The position numbers were made by a program, and so were the translations under genes. The notes beneath the pieces were generated by a model. It did no database searches. It saw only the letters and a program-made list of their open reading frames with translations, and had not been told where the DNA came from. A stretch of 64,000 nt of DNA from Takakia lepidozioides (lineage: Eukaryota; Plantae; Bryophyta), in the NCBI GenBank assembly GCA_030704615.1, contig CM060732.1, positions 10,416,001-10,480,000 on the forward strand, written 5' to 3'. How positions within the stretch are numbered: the stretch's first letter is position 1; every line of letters starts with the position of its first letter. Positions 25,901 through 38,800 of the stretch are shown here, piece by piece.

Positions 25901-28900
25901 CGCTCCAATCCAAGCATCCATCTCTATCCCTGCAGTGCAACGCAGGGGTAGGGGTATCTTCAAGCTCAACAACCTTCTTCTTAAATCACCTGTCTTCAAG
26001 CAGGCCCTCCAACTCGCATGGACCCAGGCGGTTCTCCAACCCAAAGCCCTACGGATAGATTCTTGGCCAAACTCAAAGCTGTAAACGCTGTCAGTCAAAA
26101 GCTTAGTCTAGACATGGCAGAAGCCCGCAAAAGAAAGGTTAAAGCCCTTACCAAATGCCTCAAGATCTGCCAAGCCCGCATGGAATCAACCCGGTGTGAC
26201 GACGCTACCTTTAGAAGTTACCAGGAAGCCAGACACAACCTGGAAATCTTTCAAGACTTACGGGATCGCAAAATGAAGTTATAGGCAAGGATCAACTGGT
26301 CCACAGAAGGAGAGAAAATGACAAAATACTTCTTTGACAAAACCAGGGTGCGTAGGGCATCCCAAAACATCTCAGAACTCATTGACCAATCCTCTGGGGT
26401 CTCTGCATCATCCCCTAGGTCTCTGGCGGACTTGGCAGCCTCTCATTTTCGATCCCTATTCACCTCAGACCTTCCAGATCTCTCCCTCTCCAACCTACAA
26501 TCCCAATGCCTCTCCCACACTCCCTCTCTCCTCTCCCCCTCTGCAGGCTCGATACTGGAAGGGGAATTTACGGACCTGGAACTAGGGGCGGCCCTCAACA
26601 AATTGCAAAACAACAAATCTCCTGGAATTGATGGTCTATCGGTGGAATTCTACAAAGCTCTTTGGACTGACATCTCCCAGGACTTTACCGACATGGCAAA
26701 TCATCTTTACACCATGCAATCCATGCCACCTTGTATGTCCTAGGGGGTCATCACCCTCATCTTCAAAAAATGAGACAAGTCTAATGTTTCCAACTATAGG
26801 CCCATCACGCTCCTCAACGTCGCATACAAAATTATAGCAAAAGCTCTGGCTATGAGATTACAACCTCTGTTGCCCTCTCTAATTAGACCCAACCAATCTG
26901 GCTTCATAAAGGGTAGGTACATTCTGGACAACCTTCTCTTGGCCCAGGAGATCCCGTTCTTTGCATATCAGTCCTCCCAAGCCATAGCCCTTCTCCTCCT
27001 CGACTTTGAGAAAGCGTTTGATAGGGTAGAATGGTCTTTCCTCCTGGGAGCTTTATCCAGAATTGGCTTCCCAGAATCATTTTACCAATGGGTTAAGATT
27101 TTACTCCTTTCTTCCACAAGCAGAGTTATTATAAACGGGGCACTCTCCAAACCCTTTGAGCTCCATAGATTTGTAAGGGAGGGATGCCCCTTGGCCCCCT
27201 TCCTCTTCCTGATCGTGGCTGACTCTCTTGGCTATATGCTTCAAAACAACCCAGCCATCAAGGGCCTCTCGGTCACTAATTTCTACACCCACCAGGCAAC
27301 CCACATAGTAGATTCTATGTTTGTGGATGATACCTTCCTCATGCTCCAGGCAGATACGGCCAATCTGGACTCTACGGCAAACACACTCAACACGTTCTGC
27401 TCGGCCTCTGGGTTCAAGGTGAACTGGAACAAGACTTCAGCACTCTTGGTGGGTGACCTCACGGCTACAACCTTGGGCCCAGTACCACCTGGGGCTCCCA
27501 ACATGGCCTCAAATGGCTTCAGCCAGGTGAATCTACAATACTGCTGGGATACACCTTTGGCATTGGCCTATCGGACGATCAGAGATTTGCCCCAATCCTA
27601 GCCAATCTTAAGTGCCAGCTTTCATATTGGGGTTCTAAACATCTATCCATCTCAGGAAGAGCTCTTGCACCAAGCATATCAGGGAGATCAGAGAAGGTGA
27701 CACAGATGAGGTCGTGACGCGCCCAGGTGTTCCTGAATGCCTCGTAGATGGCCTCCGCTCCTCTTGAATTGCGTTGGATGTCTGCACAATTAGCCCAGGC
27801 CTTACGAGATTCAATACCCAGATCATAGAAGATGAGTGCCATGAATGCAGATATTGAGGTAGTGTTTCCAGAGAAGGTTTTGGTGCATCTGGCTTTCCAT
27901 AGGTGCCATAGGACGGATCCTCTAAGGGCTTTGAATACAGGGCATGGGAGAGATTTTTGTTTGGATTGAGGGTTGTAATTGAGGAGGATGTCAGTAACTG
28001 ATAGAGGCCTGGGGCTCCAGTGTCTATAAAATTCCTTTACAAGGGGCTAGATGGTACGGGGGGGTAGGCATCCCAGAAGCGCATGCTCTATGGTTTCCAG
28101 TATACCCGAAGGGCAGCATGCACAGAGGAGCGAGGAATGGAATTGAAGCCACTCTCCCACTTTCAGTACCCTGTTAGCAATCTGCCAGAGGAGGGTCGCC
28201 ACCTTGGCTGGGCGTGTCTTGATCCAAACAGATCCCTAGATAATAGTCCATTTCTCGTTAAGAAATCCGTGGTGGTGCCACCTTGTGTCCCACTTAGATT
28301 GTAATGGCTTGGCGTTCAGTAGGGCTTTGTATCCCTGCTTTGTAGAGTATGTGAAGAATGGGTGGGGACCACTGGGAAAGCTCCATGACCATTCACCCAA
28401 ATCCAGGGGAAGCTCAGCCAGAGGTCTGCCTAGGACCCAAAAGAATGTATTAACGTGCAGCCATTAGGCGGTGGTTTCCAGGGGTGGCGGAATAGGGTTC
28501 ATCTCTTTGGAAGGAAGTCTCCATCCACAGATTCTGACCGGGGTCAGGGGGGTCCAGGGAATGTAAATGATTTGATCTGAGAGGAGCTGAAGCAACATTG
28601 AGCCCTGATCGATGGAGAAGGGGAAGATGGCATGATGCGAGGCAGTGGATTCTTGTACAAAGAAGATGGAGAGGCTGCCTCGGAAGATAGCCAAAGCCCA
28701 ATGGTTGGGGCAACTTCGGTCCCAACTGCAGGGTGGTTTGCCATTGGGGAGAGATGGATCTTTTGATTTCTTCCAGGCCTTTGATGGCTCTCGCTTTATC
28801 AACCATTATGGCGATGGTGTCTAGTGATTTCCAGTCCCCCATTTGCCCATAAGTGACTGATCTGTGAAATTCCAAGGTGATCCCAGGCCGACCATCGTTT

Positions 28901-29705
28901 TGCCTCCTTCTTTTGGATAGCCGATGGAAAGTTAGAATTGAGAAAGAGGCTTTGGCGAATGGTTTCGTAGAATGATGTAGGGTCTGCCTTTTTCAGGAAT
29001 TTCCTCAGTTTGTCCCAGGCTCTCCATATGGTTTGCCAGAGCGGGGACCCTGCCAGCTTGTGTTTAAACCCTTGTGTCGCCCATCTGAAGGAGGGGTTCC
29101 ATTTGGCCTTTTTGAGGGGCGAAGCCTGTATAATGTGTGGGGCCACAAGGAACTTCCACCATCCCCCTTATGGGCCAAGAAAGCGAGGAACCCATTTCCC
29201 CAAGAGAGCCGTTATCTGGGTTTCAGGATGGACTCCTGCACCTGGCCGGAGCTTCCGCCCTTACAATGGCGAAGCAGGCGCTCGACAATCCACAGCTTCC
29301 CCGGAGTTCGACCGGGAGGATAACTGGAAACACATAAAATCCACAGCGACAGCTTCTAGGCTCAACTACCGTTGAACAATAATTAGCCTGTGGGATTGGT
29401 TAGTTGCTAATCCCTAGGATACTTCCTGATCGGATTAGCCTACTTATATCCCAGTTCTACTATTAATGGACTGATCGCTTTAGGCAGTTGGTCGCCACAG
29501 TTGTCTTGCTACATGGTCAAAGGAGTTGCTCTCCGGTTAAGTTCTCCATCCACTGATCACGGTGAGTGTGCCTTATGGCGTTTAGGGGTTTTTAATTTTT
29601 TTCCCCAAATAATCCTAAATAATGTATTAGGGCTAGCCCCCCAAAATATTTTATAATAAAGTTAACCAGGGCATATCCCCCTGTTAACCTTATAAAAAAT
29701 AAAAA
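22950..29705 (+). mobile_element. L1-clade LINE, degenerate, with internal deletion of most of the APE domain and an inverted 3' segment (about 27686-29375)
   Basis: ORF1 has a DUF4283-like region and zinc knuckle CFSCGMLGHMRNEC. ORF2 has ARLDRVYVS..DHAPI, KSPGIDG, LLDFEKAFDRVEW, VREGCPLAPFLF and MFVDD. Post-RT sequence lies on the minus strand. A-rich tail at about 29693-29705. Confidence 0.88.
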
Positions 29706-29841
29706 TCTCTTCACCCCCAAGGCCCGTTACTGCCTTCCGTTAGGAAGGTGTCCACCTTTGTGACACCAATCGGTGGATTGAACCCACAACCACTTCCGAG
29801 GTGGTATGTACCCATTACCACCGGGCTACAACTTGGTTGTC
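29706..29841 (-). mobile_element. tRNA-derived SINE-like element
   Basis: Minus strand has an A-box-like TAGCCCGGTGG (about 29818-29828) and a B-box GGTTCAATCC (29775-29784) at tRNA-like spacing, without a convincing cloverleaf. Confidence 0.55.
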
Positions 29842-29897
29842 TCGGTTTTAGAAAGTAAAGTGGGTCACAATATCATGTGGTCTATCATTGTCTAGAC

Positions 29898-30092
29898 CAG
29901 TGTTCACTACCTTTTTAAGGAACCCACCGGGTCAGGGTTTGGGTTTTCTTTTGGAACCAAGTCCGGGTCCGGATCCGAGTTTTTGAAATTTGCAAAATCC
30001 GGGTCCGGGTTCTGATCCGGGTTTTGGAACATGGACTGGGGTCCGGGTATTGGGAAATATTAGCAGATTCACGGGTTCGGATCCGGGTCAAC
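29898..30092 (+). mobile_element. Possible hAT-type terminus or MITE fragment with CCGGGT subterminal repeats
   Basis: Starts CAGTGTTC and carries about seven CCGGGT/CGGGTT motifs. No partner end was found. Confidence 0.4.
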
Positions 30093-30099
30093 TATCCAC

Positions 30100-31125
30100 A
30101 TTTAGGGGAAAGAGGAATAGACATAGGGGAATCATCTGGACCTCTTAGTCCACCAAAACCAGAGCATCACCATTGTTTGAAGATCCTAATTCTGGTGCCA
30201 CACCTTCTTACTCTTTACAAGAAAGATTAAGGGAGTTGGTGCAAGAAGAAGGTAAACCACAAGAGGAAAGACCGGAGGTGCATCCCTGGATAGAGGATTT
30301 GGGAGAAATCTTTGACCAGAGTTGGCATGGTACACCAAGGGTAGGAACTCTGATGTAGGGTTTCTGATGCACCAGCCAACGAAGGAGAGGAGGATGAGAA
30401 AGAGCCTGCTGAGAGTACAGACTCTCCAACGACGACTCCTTTAAGTTGTGTTAGTGAGGAAGAAAGAAACCAAGTCGAGGATTTGGAAGATGAAGGATAT
30501 GAGGAAGTGGAACCAACAACCACTGTTGATACTACCACTGGGACTACCCAACCTATTGTAGAAGGATCAAGTGATACATTTGGATCACTGGCAAACAAAG
30601 GTGTCGGTTCAGCGGGATTAGGCGGGCAGCTTGGATCGCCTTCTGGAGGGACAGGGAGTGTGGGAAGTAGTATAACAGTAGCTGCGGCTACTACAAGTTC
30701 TCAGGGACCTACAACTGGATTTGGGCCAACACCAACCACAAGGCCGGTAATAGTACCACAGATGGCAGAGACCACCTTTCCCAGTCTACTCAGGGAAAGG
30801 GGATCCTGATGTACACATCAATCAGTATGAGCACATGTGTATAGTGAACAATGAGAATGATGATGCAGCAAAACTCAGACTATTTCCCTGTTCACTTACC
30901 AAGAAAGCAATTGAGTGGTATGCTCGATTTCCTGATAACCATTTTACAAATTGGAATGCTCTTAGAACAACATTCCGGAACAGATTCAGGACAAGCAAAA
31001 CCATAGGAGAGGTGTACAGTAGTCTACAACAGTTGAGACAAAAGAAGCATGAAACTGTTGAGGAGTATCTGGAAAAGATGGAATTAATGGTCAGGAAACT
31101 GACTGATGTTCCACCTGAAGATTTA
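30100..31125 (+). mobile_element. Ty3/gypsy gag fragment
   Basis: KLRLFPCSLTKKAIEWY..NWNALRTTFRNRF..LQQLRQKKHETVEEYLEKM is a Retrotrans_gag signature. The frame is truncated at about 31125. Confidence 0.82.
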
Positions 31126-31669
31126 CATGGAAGTTGTGGCTGCCATGGAGTCGTAAGTGACAGTCGCCAGGCTTTGTGTGACGTGGCACCTGAGCAGCGC
31201 GCTCATAGTCATGCACGCTGGCTTTACTGAATGACTGAACGGACAGTGTAGTCCATGTCAGTGGTTGTGCAAGAGTGACACATGCTCGATACAGAAAATG
31301 ACATGTGGCAGTGTGTTCGCTCTTTATGACTGTGAACTATGACTACGGGCGTGTTAATTCGGTTGCAGCACGTGGCGCGTCGCAGTTTTTACAGTGGTCC
31401 CTTAGGAGATTGACATGTGTCATGATGGGTGTTTTATTGTGTATTTCTATACACTTGTATTTCTGCCTCGTGGTGCATTATTATTGGAGAGTGAAAATAG
31501 ATGCAGTCATTATTATGACTATGGTAGAAGTCATATATATATACATATCTAATGAACAGGGACAGAGGCCCTAGAATTTATTATTATTATATAAAGGGGG
31601 GACGAGAATTACATAAAAGACTAAAAGCCAGGGCCAAGGAGGCAGAGGCCAGGCTGCGCAATGCAGCCC

Positions 31670-31935
31670 AGCACAGAAGTGCCAGAAGAGGCATTGTGGA
31701 CTCTCTCTCTTGATCCTCTTCTAGAAGTTGTGGTCATGGTTGAGGTGTCTGATTTTGTGCCACTACAGCTGCTGCCTTTAGTTGACCATCTACCCATGCA
31801 GGTTTCTTGTAGCTATTGATCCACATGGAATCATAGGTAATCTTGTGTTGGGAAATCTGGCCCTCTTGGATGAATCTATGCCCACACTCTACCCCTGCTC
31901 CTTCAACTATCCATGCTTCTGCACAAATCATGCAT
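31670..31935 (-). pseudogene. Isolated N-terminal fragment of the PPR family at 4959 and 61500
   Basis: MWINSYKKPAWVDGQLK matches MWINSYKKRAWVDGQLK at 5050. DNA similarity to 4959-5210 and 61500-61755. Confidence 0.8.
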
Positions 31936-32218
31936 ACATCCTTGCCTTGCTGCTAGCAGTTGACAATGACAACCTAGATTTGTTCTAGAAAACACCCAAC
32001 TCAACTTATCACACTAGTTCATATGCTCAATTGCATCTGCTACTCTCTGGACCCACACTCTATCCCTGCTCCTTCAGCTATCCATGCTTCTGCACAAATC
32101 ATGCATTCATCCTTGCCTTGCTGTTAGCATCTGACAATGACAACCTAGATTTGTTCTAGGAAACACCCAACTCAGCTTATCACACTAGTTCCTATGTTGA
32201 ATTGCATCTACTACTCTC
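31881..32218. repeat. Tandem duplication, two units of ~172 bp
   Basis: CCCACACTCTA.CCCTGCTCCTTCA.CTATCCATGCTTCTGCACAAATC...ATTGCATCT.CTACTCTC begins at 31881 and again at 32053. Confidence 0.85.
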
Positions 32219-32844
32219 CAACAGGCATTCACCTTTTAGCCTCGATTGTCCATGTCGCGGCCCTTTGCCTTGAGGGCAGGGGGTCGGGACACAAGAGGGG
32301 CTGCCCTTGTGGTGGGGGCAATGGCAACAATAGGTATGGGGGCTGAAGCACCCTTGAGTACCCAAGGCACTCAAGGAGGCGGAGGCGCTCACTAGGTGGA
32401 GCCCCGCACACCGGGTTGCGGTGGGGGTGGTTCCACGAGGGGTGGTGGTAGCTTAGTGGGTCTTAGTGGGGGTGGCATAGGACTCACCATGGGGCTGAGA
32501 CCTTGTGGTGGGAGTCGTGAGGAGTCTTGGGACTCATCACGATCCATTGGGGCCGTGGTGGGTGGGCCAAGACTCACCGCGACTTATCATCGGGAATCAA
32601 GGGTCTTCGTGGTGGTTCGCCATAAAAGGACTGTGTTGTTTGTGAAATCCCCGCGGACAGTCACAGAAGTATATATAGGGAGTAGTAACTCCAAGAACGG
32701 TGCAAACCCGTTGGTGACCAAAAACTAGTGAGTAAGCGTGCGAGCCGGAAAGCGACCAAGGTGTGGGGAGCTGTTCCGGACTGCCAACAACCAAATGGAA
32801 TTTCCACTAGACCCAAAGTGTGCGAGGGTCTTGTGGAGTCTGGA

Positions 32845-33302
32845 CGGAAACGCGCCACCGTATTTCCGTCCGGACTGATAGTGGACCATCCCTTCATTTT
32901 TGGTGGGACGGAAATGCGGTGCCGCATTTCCATCTAGAAGACCACTTCAGTTTGCGTACTTGGCAGTTGAAGGGAAATGCGGCGCCGCATTTCCGTCCGG
33001 ATTGTCATTGTACATTTTCTTAATGACAGCTTCGACGGAATTGCGGTGCCGCATTCCAGGCCCGCTACCACTTACTCTGGTAGACAGGACAGCGAAACGG
33101 AAGTGTGGCACCGCATTCCCGTCGAACTTGCCAAACAACCTTTTCTTCATGATAGGATGGCCGCAAATCCAGCCATCCAGCCTTACCATCCTGAGAATAG
33201 GGACGGAAAAGCGGTGCCGTATTTCCGTCCCAGCTGCCCTCCACGCTTGCCTTCAGTAAAGAGGGTTCACGAAGGGGACGGAAATGCGGTACCGCATTTA
33301 CC
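32845..33302. repeat. Array of ~7 22-bp palindromes GGAAATGCGGCGCCGCATTTCC with non-identical spacers
   Basis: Perfect copy at 32973-32994; variants at about 32846, 32910, 33037, 33099, 33205 and 33280. Confidence 0.85.
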
Positions 33303-33420
33303 ACTGACTGCCATCCTCCCTGGCATCTTTATCCTCTTTCGTGATGCAGTAGGGAGGTATCCTGATCGAACGGCCACTAATGCCGCATCGCATTTGGTCT
33401 GTTGACTCATAGAGGCTGAA

Positions 33421-35857
33421 ATGGCAGTTGAAGGGGTCATTGCCAACACATATTCGGAGGCGGTAATGCCGGACCGTTGCATCATCACTGACTGTCCAAC
33501 AGACACTAGACCTCTATTTCTTCGAATTCAATTTTCCAGCAACGTAGGGGCCACCTGCCTCACGAGGAGACACGTAGGCCCTGACCTTTCGAATCCATAC
33601 AGTGCATCTCCGCCGTTTGATGTCATCTTTCGCTGGTGACTCTTTTACTGCTCTAACACCCCTTCCAACACCATTCTTTGCCTCATTTCTTCTCTTTAGT
33701 TTCTCTATGTTGCACAGCCTCATAGTGAGGTGGTGGAGGGATCGTAGGGCTCTGAAGACCCGCAGGACGAAAAGGAGGAAGCTACTGCAGCCCGCACACA
33801 CCCTCGACCTTCTAGCATGGGTCCTCCTGTCGGGCCTAACCTTGTGCGTTTCAAGGACGTGCTTTGGAAAGGTAAAGGTTTCAAGTCGAAAGCAGCAGAG
33901 AAAGAGGCAATTTGACGATGAAGATGATGGAGAGTCGCCAACATGGGTCGTCCCCTTCTCCAAAAAATTAAAGAGCATGAAGCATCAGGCGGTTGTTGAG
34001 GAATATACTACCCATCGGATCAGTCCCCTTCCCCTACGAAGAGCAAGAAGTAGATGGGGCGGTGGAGAATCGGACGAGAACGGAGGAGTCCCCTTCCCTT
34101 GCAAAGAATAAGAAGCAAAAGGGGGCGAAAGCAAGGGCAGAGCAGTCTCCAGCAAAACCCCTCCACATGTTGAAGCTCAGTTCTTGCAGGAGTTTCAGAA
34201 GGAAACCGGGGGCAACTCTGCAAAAGCTCGGGCAGCTGCTCCGACGACGATCTCTAGCACTCCTGTCCTGGTCGATTTTTCAGAGGATGAAGGTGTTGTT
34301 TCTTAACATGGGGAGCTCGACTTCTCCTACCTAGAATAGGACTTTTGTGATAATAGGGGAGGTATGGACGACTACATTCTCCCACATGATCTGCCCGGCT
34401 ACATTCCCAAGAATACAGGCACGGCTTTGGGTGGTCCATCTGAACAGCCCCTTCCCCCACCCCCAAAAATGTCGCAAGAGGATTTTCAGAGTGCAGAGAA
34501 TCAAATGTTGGAGGAGACTCACAACAGCATTGGCAGAGTTCTTAGGACCAAGGTCTTCCCTTGCACACTGCGAATTCCACTCTGTCGAATGGTCTCCCTC
34601 CTGATAGTGAGGCTTGCTCTCGCAAGGGATGTGGATAAGATGAAGTTCGCATTCCAAGAAGGCTATTGGCTGGGGTCTGCCGCCTTCTAATGATTTCCAT
34701 TGAGAATGAGGAGTGGATTGCATGCGGCCCGACAACCGAGAGTTAGCAGCCTAGGGTCCCCACTACCACACTCGCAACACGGAATTCAAAAAAATGCTGA
34801 AGGATGTGCGGTGTTTGGTGGCCAGCCAAAAATCCCTCTAACCCCTCTTACTATGAAAGCTGTGAAAACTGGCTCAGCAAAGAAGACCACTCTTCAACCT
34901 CCCGGGGGGGCAACCCGTGCGAGCTAGTGGAAATGAAGGGCAGGCCAAAGTTGGAGCCAAAAACAGTGATTCAGTGTGCGAATGAGAGTTTTTTGAGGGC
35001 ATTGGATGGCCGGCCGGCCGCCAAGTTAGCACACATCAAGCAAATGGAAGGCCTGAAAGCCAAAGCTCTAAGGAAGGCGACTGCAGAAGAGCCTGTAGAC
35101 ACTCCAGGATTTGTAGCCATGATGGATTTCTTTGCAATGACAAGTGAAGGGAAGAATTGCATGAGGCGTGGAAAACGGACCGACTGGTCATTGATTTGAT
35201 CATCTTTGGATATTCCAGATGGAGAGCCTCTGGAAGGACTGGATATTGTGCCCTCTTGGAGCAAGTATTTCTGAGGACTTTTGGAAGAAAGGGTTTGGGC
35301 TAGCCTGCATGGTATTGGATGACAAAGGTTGTGTGGTGGTCCTTGCCAGCAAAGGCAAAAACACAGAGGCGGGAATTGCCAAGTGGACCCGTAAGAGTGG
35401 CGTCCCAATTCTGGACCTGCATCAACTCAATGGGCCTTCGCTCCAAGGGAAACCAGATAATTACCGTACTGCCAAACAGAAACCGGTTGGCATTTGTAAC
35501 TGTGGATTGGAATGCGGTGCCAAATTCTGCTTATGAATGGGGTCCATTGGATTTCGGCGGCACGGCATCCTTGCAAAGGAATTGTGGACGATGCTACAGG
35601 AACAGTATTTCAGCACTCAGGAGACTATGTATGGAGATGAGAATGAGTTTGCAGACATTGCCCTTCATTGCTTATACTCCACAAGATATTTGATTTCCCC
35701 CCTTACAGGGACTTGCACGGATGAAGATTGGCGGCTCTATGAATGGAGCCGTTTTCAGTTTCCATCTGTGCCATGGAAACCATGCGCCGCTTTTCTCATC
35801 GGACTGTACGTACCCGGTGGAAATAAGGTGCCGCAATTGCTTTTGCGGATCCTATGA
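33421..35857 (+). pseudogene. MULE cargo gene with ParB-like N-terminal segment and permuted amino-methyltransferase-like segment
   Basis: LRIPLCRMV..IVR.AL..DVDKMKFAFQEGY..GSAAF (34568-34687). After frameshift repair: IDLII.DIPDG...VPSW...FWKKGFGLACMVLDDKGCVVVL (35190-35345). Many stops and frameshifts. Confidence 0.5.
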
Positions 35858-38800
35858 CCGCGGATAAGTACCCTATTCCTGTGGACAATCATTTCTGAAA
35901 AAAATTACTGCTCATGATTTTTTCGGCAGTTACGAGTCTGCTCATGGCTCATGCCGCTCATGGCTCATGGCTCATGAAATAGCAGCCCCCGTTGCCATCA
36001 TCCAGTGTACATCATTAGTGATAAAGACCTTTTCACATTTGGAGAGGGTTTACTCAACATGTCAATGTAGTATGTGATGCTATTATCGAATTAAATGTTC
36101 CATATGTCACAAAATAACAATTTTGATCTCCCCTAACTCCTGTGTCTATTACGGTGTTTCATTCTTCTTTCATTAGTTGGACTTTCGTACCCACCATTTG
36201 TAATACATGGAAACAACTTTGGACCCTGTTTCGAAGCCCTTCAGTTCAATCTTGGTGGCTTAAAGAATTATTTGATATGTTGCAGAAAGAAATGTCCGGA
36301 TGCATGCAAACCCATCATGACTTATGACATCGCTAGGGAGTTTATTTCTGAACAGTCTCCAGAATATCAAACCGAGCATAACTCAATATTCTATCTATTA
36401 GACAGAGTGTCCTCTTGGGGAATTAATATGCGAGGAAATCCTCCGGCCCACGTTTTTCGATTCATGTATACAGAACAAGATGAGCCTGGGGCTTTGGAGA
36501 TGGAATGCGCACATGTTTTGGGTGTGGAGATCCAGCCTGATGTTGATAATCTATATGTGGTGGTATTTCTTCAAGAGGAGGACCAGAAAGGACGGATCAT
36601 TGGGTATGCGTCAAAGACGACAAATGTGGACAAAGGCCTCATGGCTGGGTTGTTGGAATCTGGGTTTAAGTTCCCACGCGATGGAACAGTTCCGAGTGAG
36701 TCTACTTTCACTTTGGAGTGGTCCAGATTTCAGGGACGCCTCTTTATTCTAGGAAAAGAGAATGAGAAGAAAAGAGATGAGCAGGAGCCCGAACCAACTC
36801 AAAAGGAAAAAAAAACCACTCGAAAAAAAAAGTCGAAGCATCCATTGAAGACGACGATGATGAAAAAACACCATCAAAGTCAAAGAGGAAGTCCAGAGCC
36901 CCACTCGACCCTGTATTTGCAACTGACAAGAAGCCAAAACCTGGTGAAATTTTCAACAAAAACAAATGTGAGCAAATGGAAAAAGAGCTCACCAAATTTT
37001 ACGGGGATTTGTTTCCATTTGGGTCTGACGAAATCCATGATATTCCCATATTGAGCATGGAGCAAGCACCGAGGCAAATGGTTTATCGGCCACTAAATAT
37101 TAAGCACAAGGATGAAGTAAAGGCTAGATTGTTCCAGCTCCGAGTCCTCGATTCCAAGCATCCTGTCTACATTACCCCAGTACATGCCCACTAATGACAG
37201 TCAAGTTTGGGCCAACAAACCACAGTCTTGGGACGAGGTGAAGAATGCAAAATTCTTTGTGATTGGTGGGCAACACACCATAATTGTTGCCAAGGTACGG
37301 TTACCCTCCCCCTCCAAAGTCTTTGAGTCACCCACTTCGGCCTCTGTTTCGCAGTCCATGATCTAACATTGTAGAGTTGGTTACAGGAGCTTATTCATGA
37401 GGTTGACAATGATGAGTTGAAGACATACTACAGTACTTGGCCGGCCAAGATCATTTGGTCAAATGACGTCCTGAGGCTAGTGAAGATATCCAAACTCCTA
37501 AACGATCCGAACAAGGCACATAAATTTGATATCACATTTCCAGAGAAGGTGGCACATTGCAGATTATTTTACGAGCTACAAAACAGAACCAAAAAATATA
37601 ACGATTCCCACTGCCACTCGGAAAGCGCTCAATGGGTGGTAAGAAGCAAAACATTGACCTTATGTTTTTTCAAATGCTTCAATAATTGCTTCAAATGGTT
37701 CAGTTTCAAATGCTCATCGAACATGGTAGAGATGTGTCCTTACAATATGGTTCATCTCGCAGGATTTTATGCAAGCTGTCCATGTTATCATGGAGCAGAT
37801 TTCTGCGAAGGAGGCCATGGTCCTCATTTTATCATAGGAAGAAGTGTGGGAGAAGTGGAAAATGGTATTCCAAAAATGGGAGGATGGACGCCTTATCGAT
37901 AACATTGGGAAGCCTTGCAAAGGTGTACAGGTTCCAATGACTAGGTCTCAGCTAAGGACTATTCAGGGGCTATCTGGGCGGCAGCAGGGGAAAATCGCGG
38001 AAAAGCTTCTCAGTTGCAAGCTGACTGTTCACCACCCATATAAGGGCCAAGACAAGTCTATTCAGAGCACGACCAGTTATATTGAGCACATGAAGAAAAT
38101 AAGGTTTATAATTGACGACATCATGCATGTTTTTGGTTTTCCATTGCGGACAAAGGACAATACAAATCCCTATAAAAGAGAAAAATGGCATGAGGTCAAG
38201 AAGAAATACAGGATTAACAAAGTCCAGTTTGGGTCATTACGCAAGGCACTGGGATCGACGTATCTTGCCGACAAGGCAAACATGAACAAAGAGCGAACAT
38301 CCATTCCTGCAGCATTCATCACCGAGCTTCTTGCACTGAAAAAAAGTGTTGAGGAGAACGATGGGAAAGCAAAATCAATGAGATCTGACTTCAAAAAGGT
38401 CTATAGGCATGTTGGCATTGGAGCAAAAGCAGATGATATCAAGTTAAAACTCTCCTATATCCCAAAGACGAGTTTGCAAACATCAATCTTGTGTTCGTGA
38501 ATACTCTCCCAGAAGATGATTCGATAATTTGGTCCCCCTCGGATTACTCAACAATCCTCAACGCATTCCGATTCATGAAGTTTAATTGCACTGCCTTTGT
38601 TTTCATGTCAAGTCCTGCATCTTCAACTCATCTCAATTACTACATTCAAACTGGAGAGGGTGCCAAAAGATTTATTTGTGTTGAAGGTCTCTATTTTCCT
38701 GGGGCGATGGAGACTGAATACAAGTTCTGCAAGTTTGGATTGTCGGAACCATATCTTTGTCTGGACTATGTGTTTCCGGTCTCATCTATAGAGTTTGTGC

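Larger units (their letters stand above)
32220..35990. mobile_element. Mutator-like element, subfamily B (truncated), with cargo gene and palindrome array
   Basis: Ends in ...GCTCATGAAATAGCAGCCCCC at 35990, the reverse complement of the 40714 terminus, with CTCATG repeats. GGAAATGCGG(C/T)GCCGCATTTCC array at 32845-33300. Left boundary is approximate. Confidence 0.72.

Noticed and set aside
29760-29841. Functional tRNA gene
   Set aside because: A and B boxes are present but there is no convincing acceptor or anticodon stem, so it is treated as SINE-like.
32012-32400. CACTAG motifs as the left TIR partner of the 61200 end
   Set aside because: Two lie inside the 172-bp tandem repeat, the match is at most 11 bp, and no matching 3-bp TSD was found.
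32845-33302. CRISPR-like pattern of palindromic repeats with variable spacers (also 42985-43785)
   Set aside because: The context is eukaryotic, no cas genes are present, spacer lengths are irregular in B and spacers are repetitive in A. The arrays lie inside TIR-bounded transposons.
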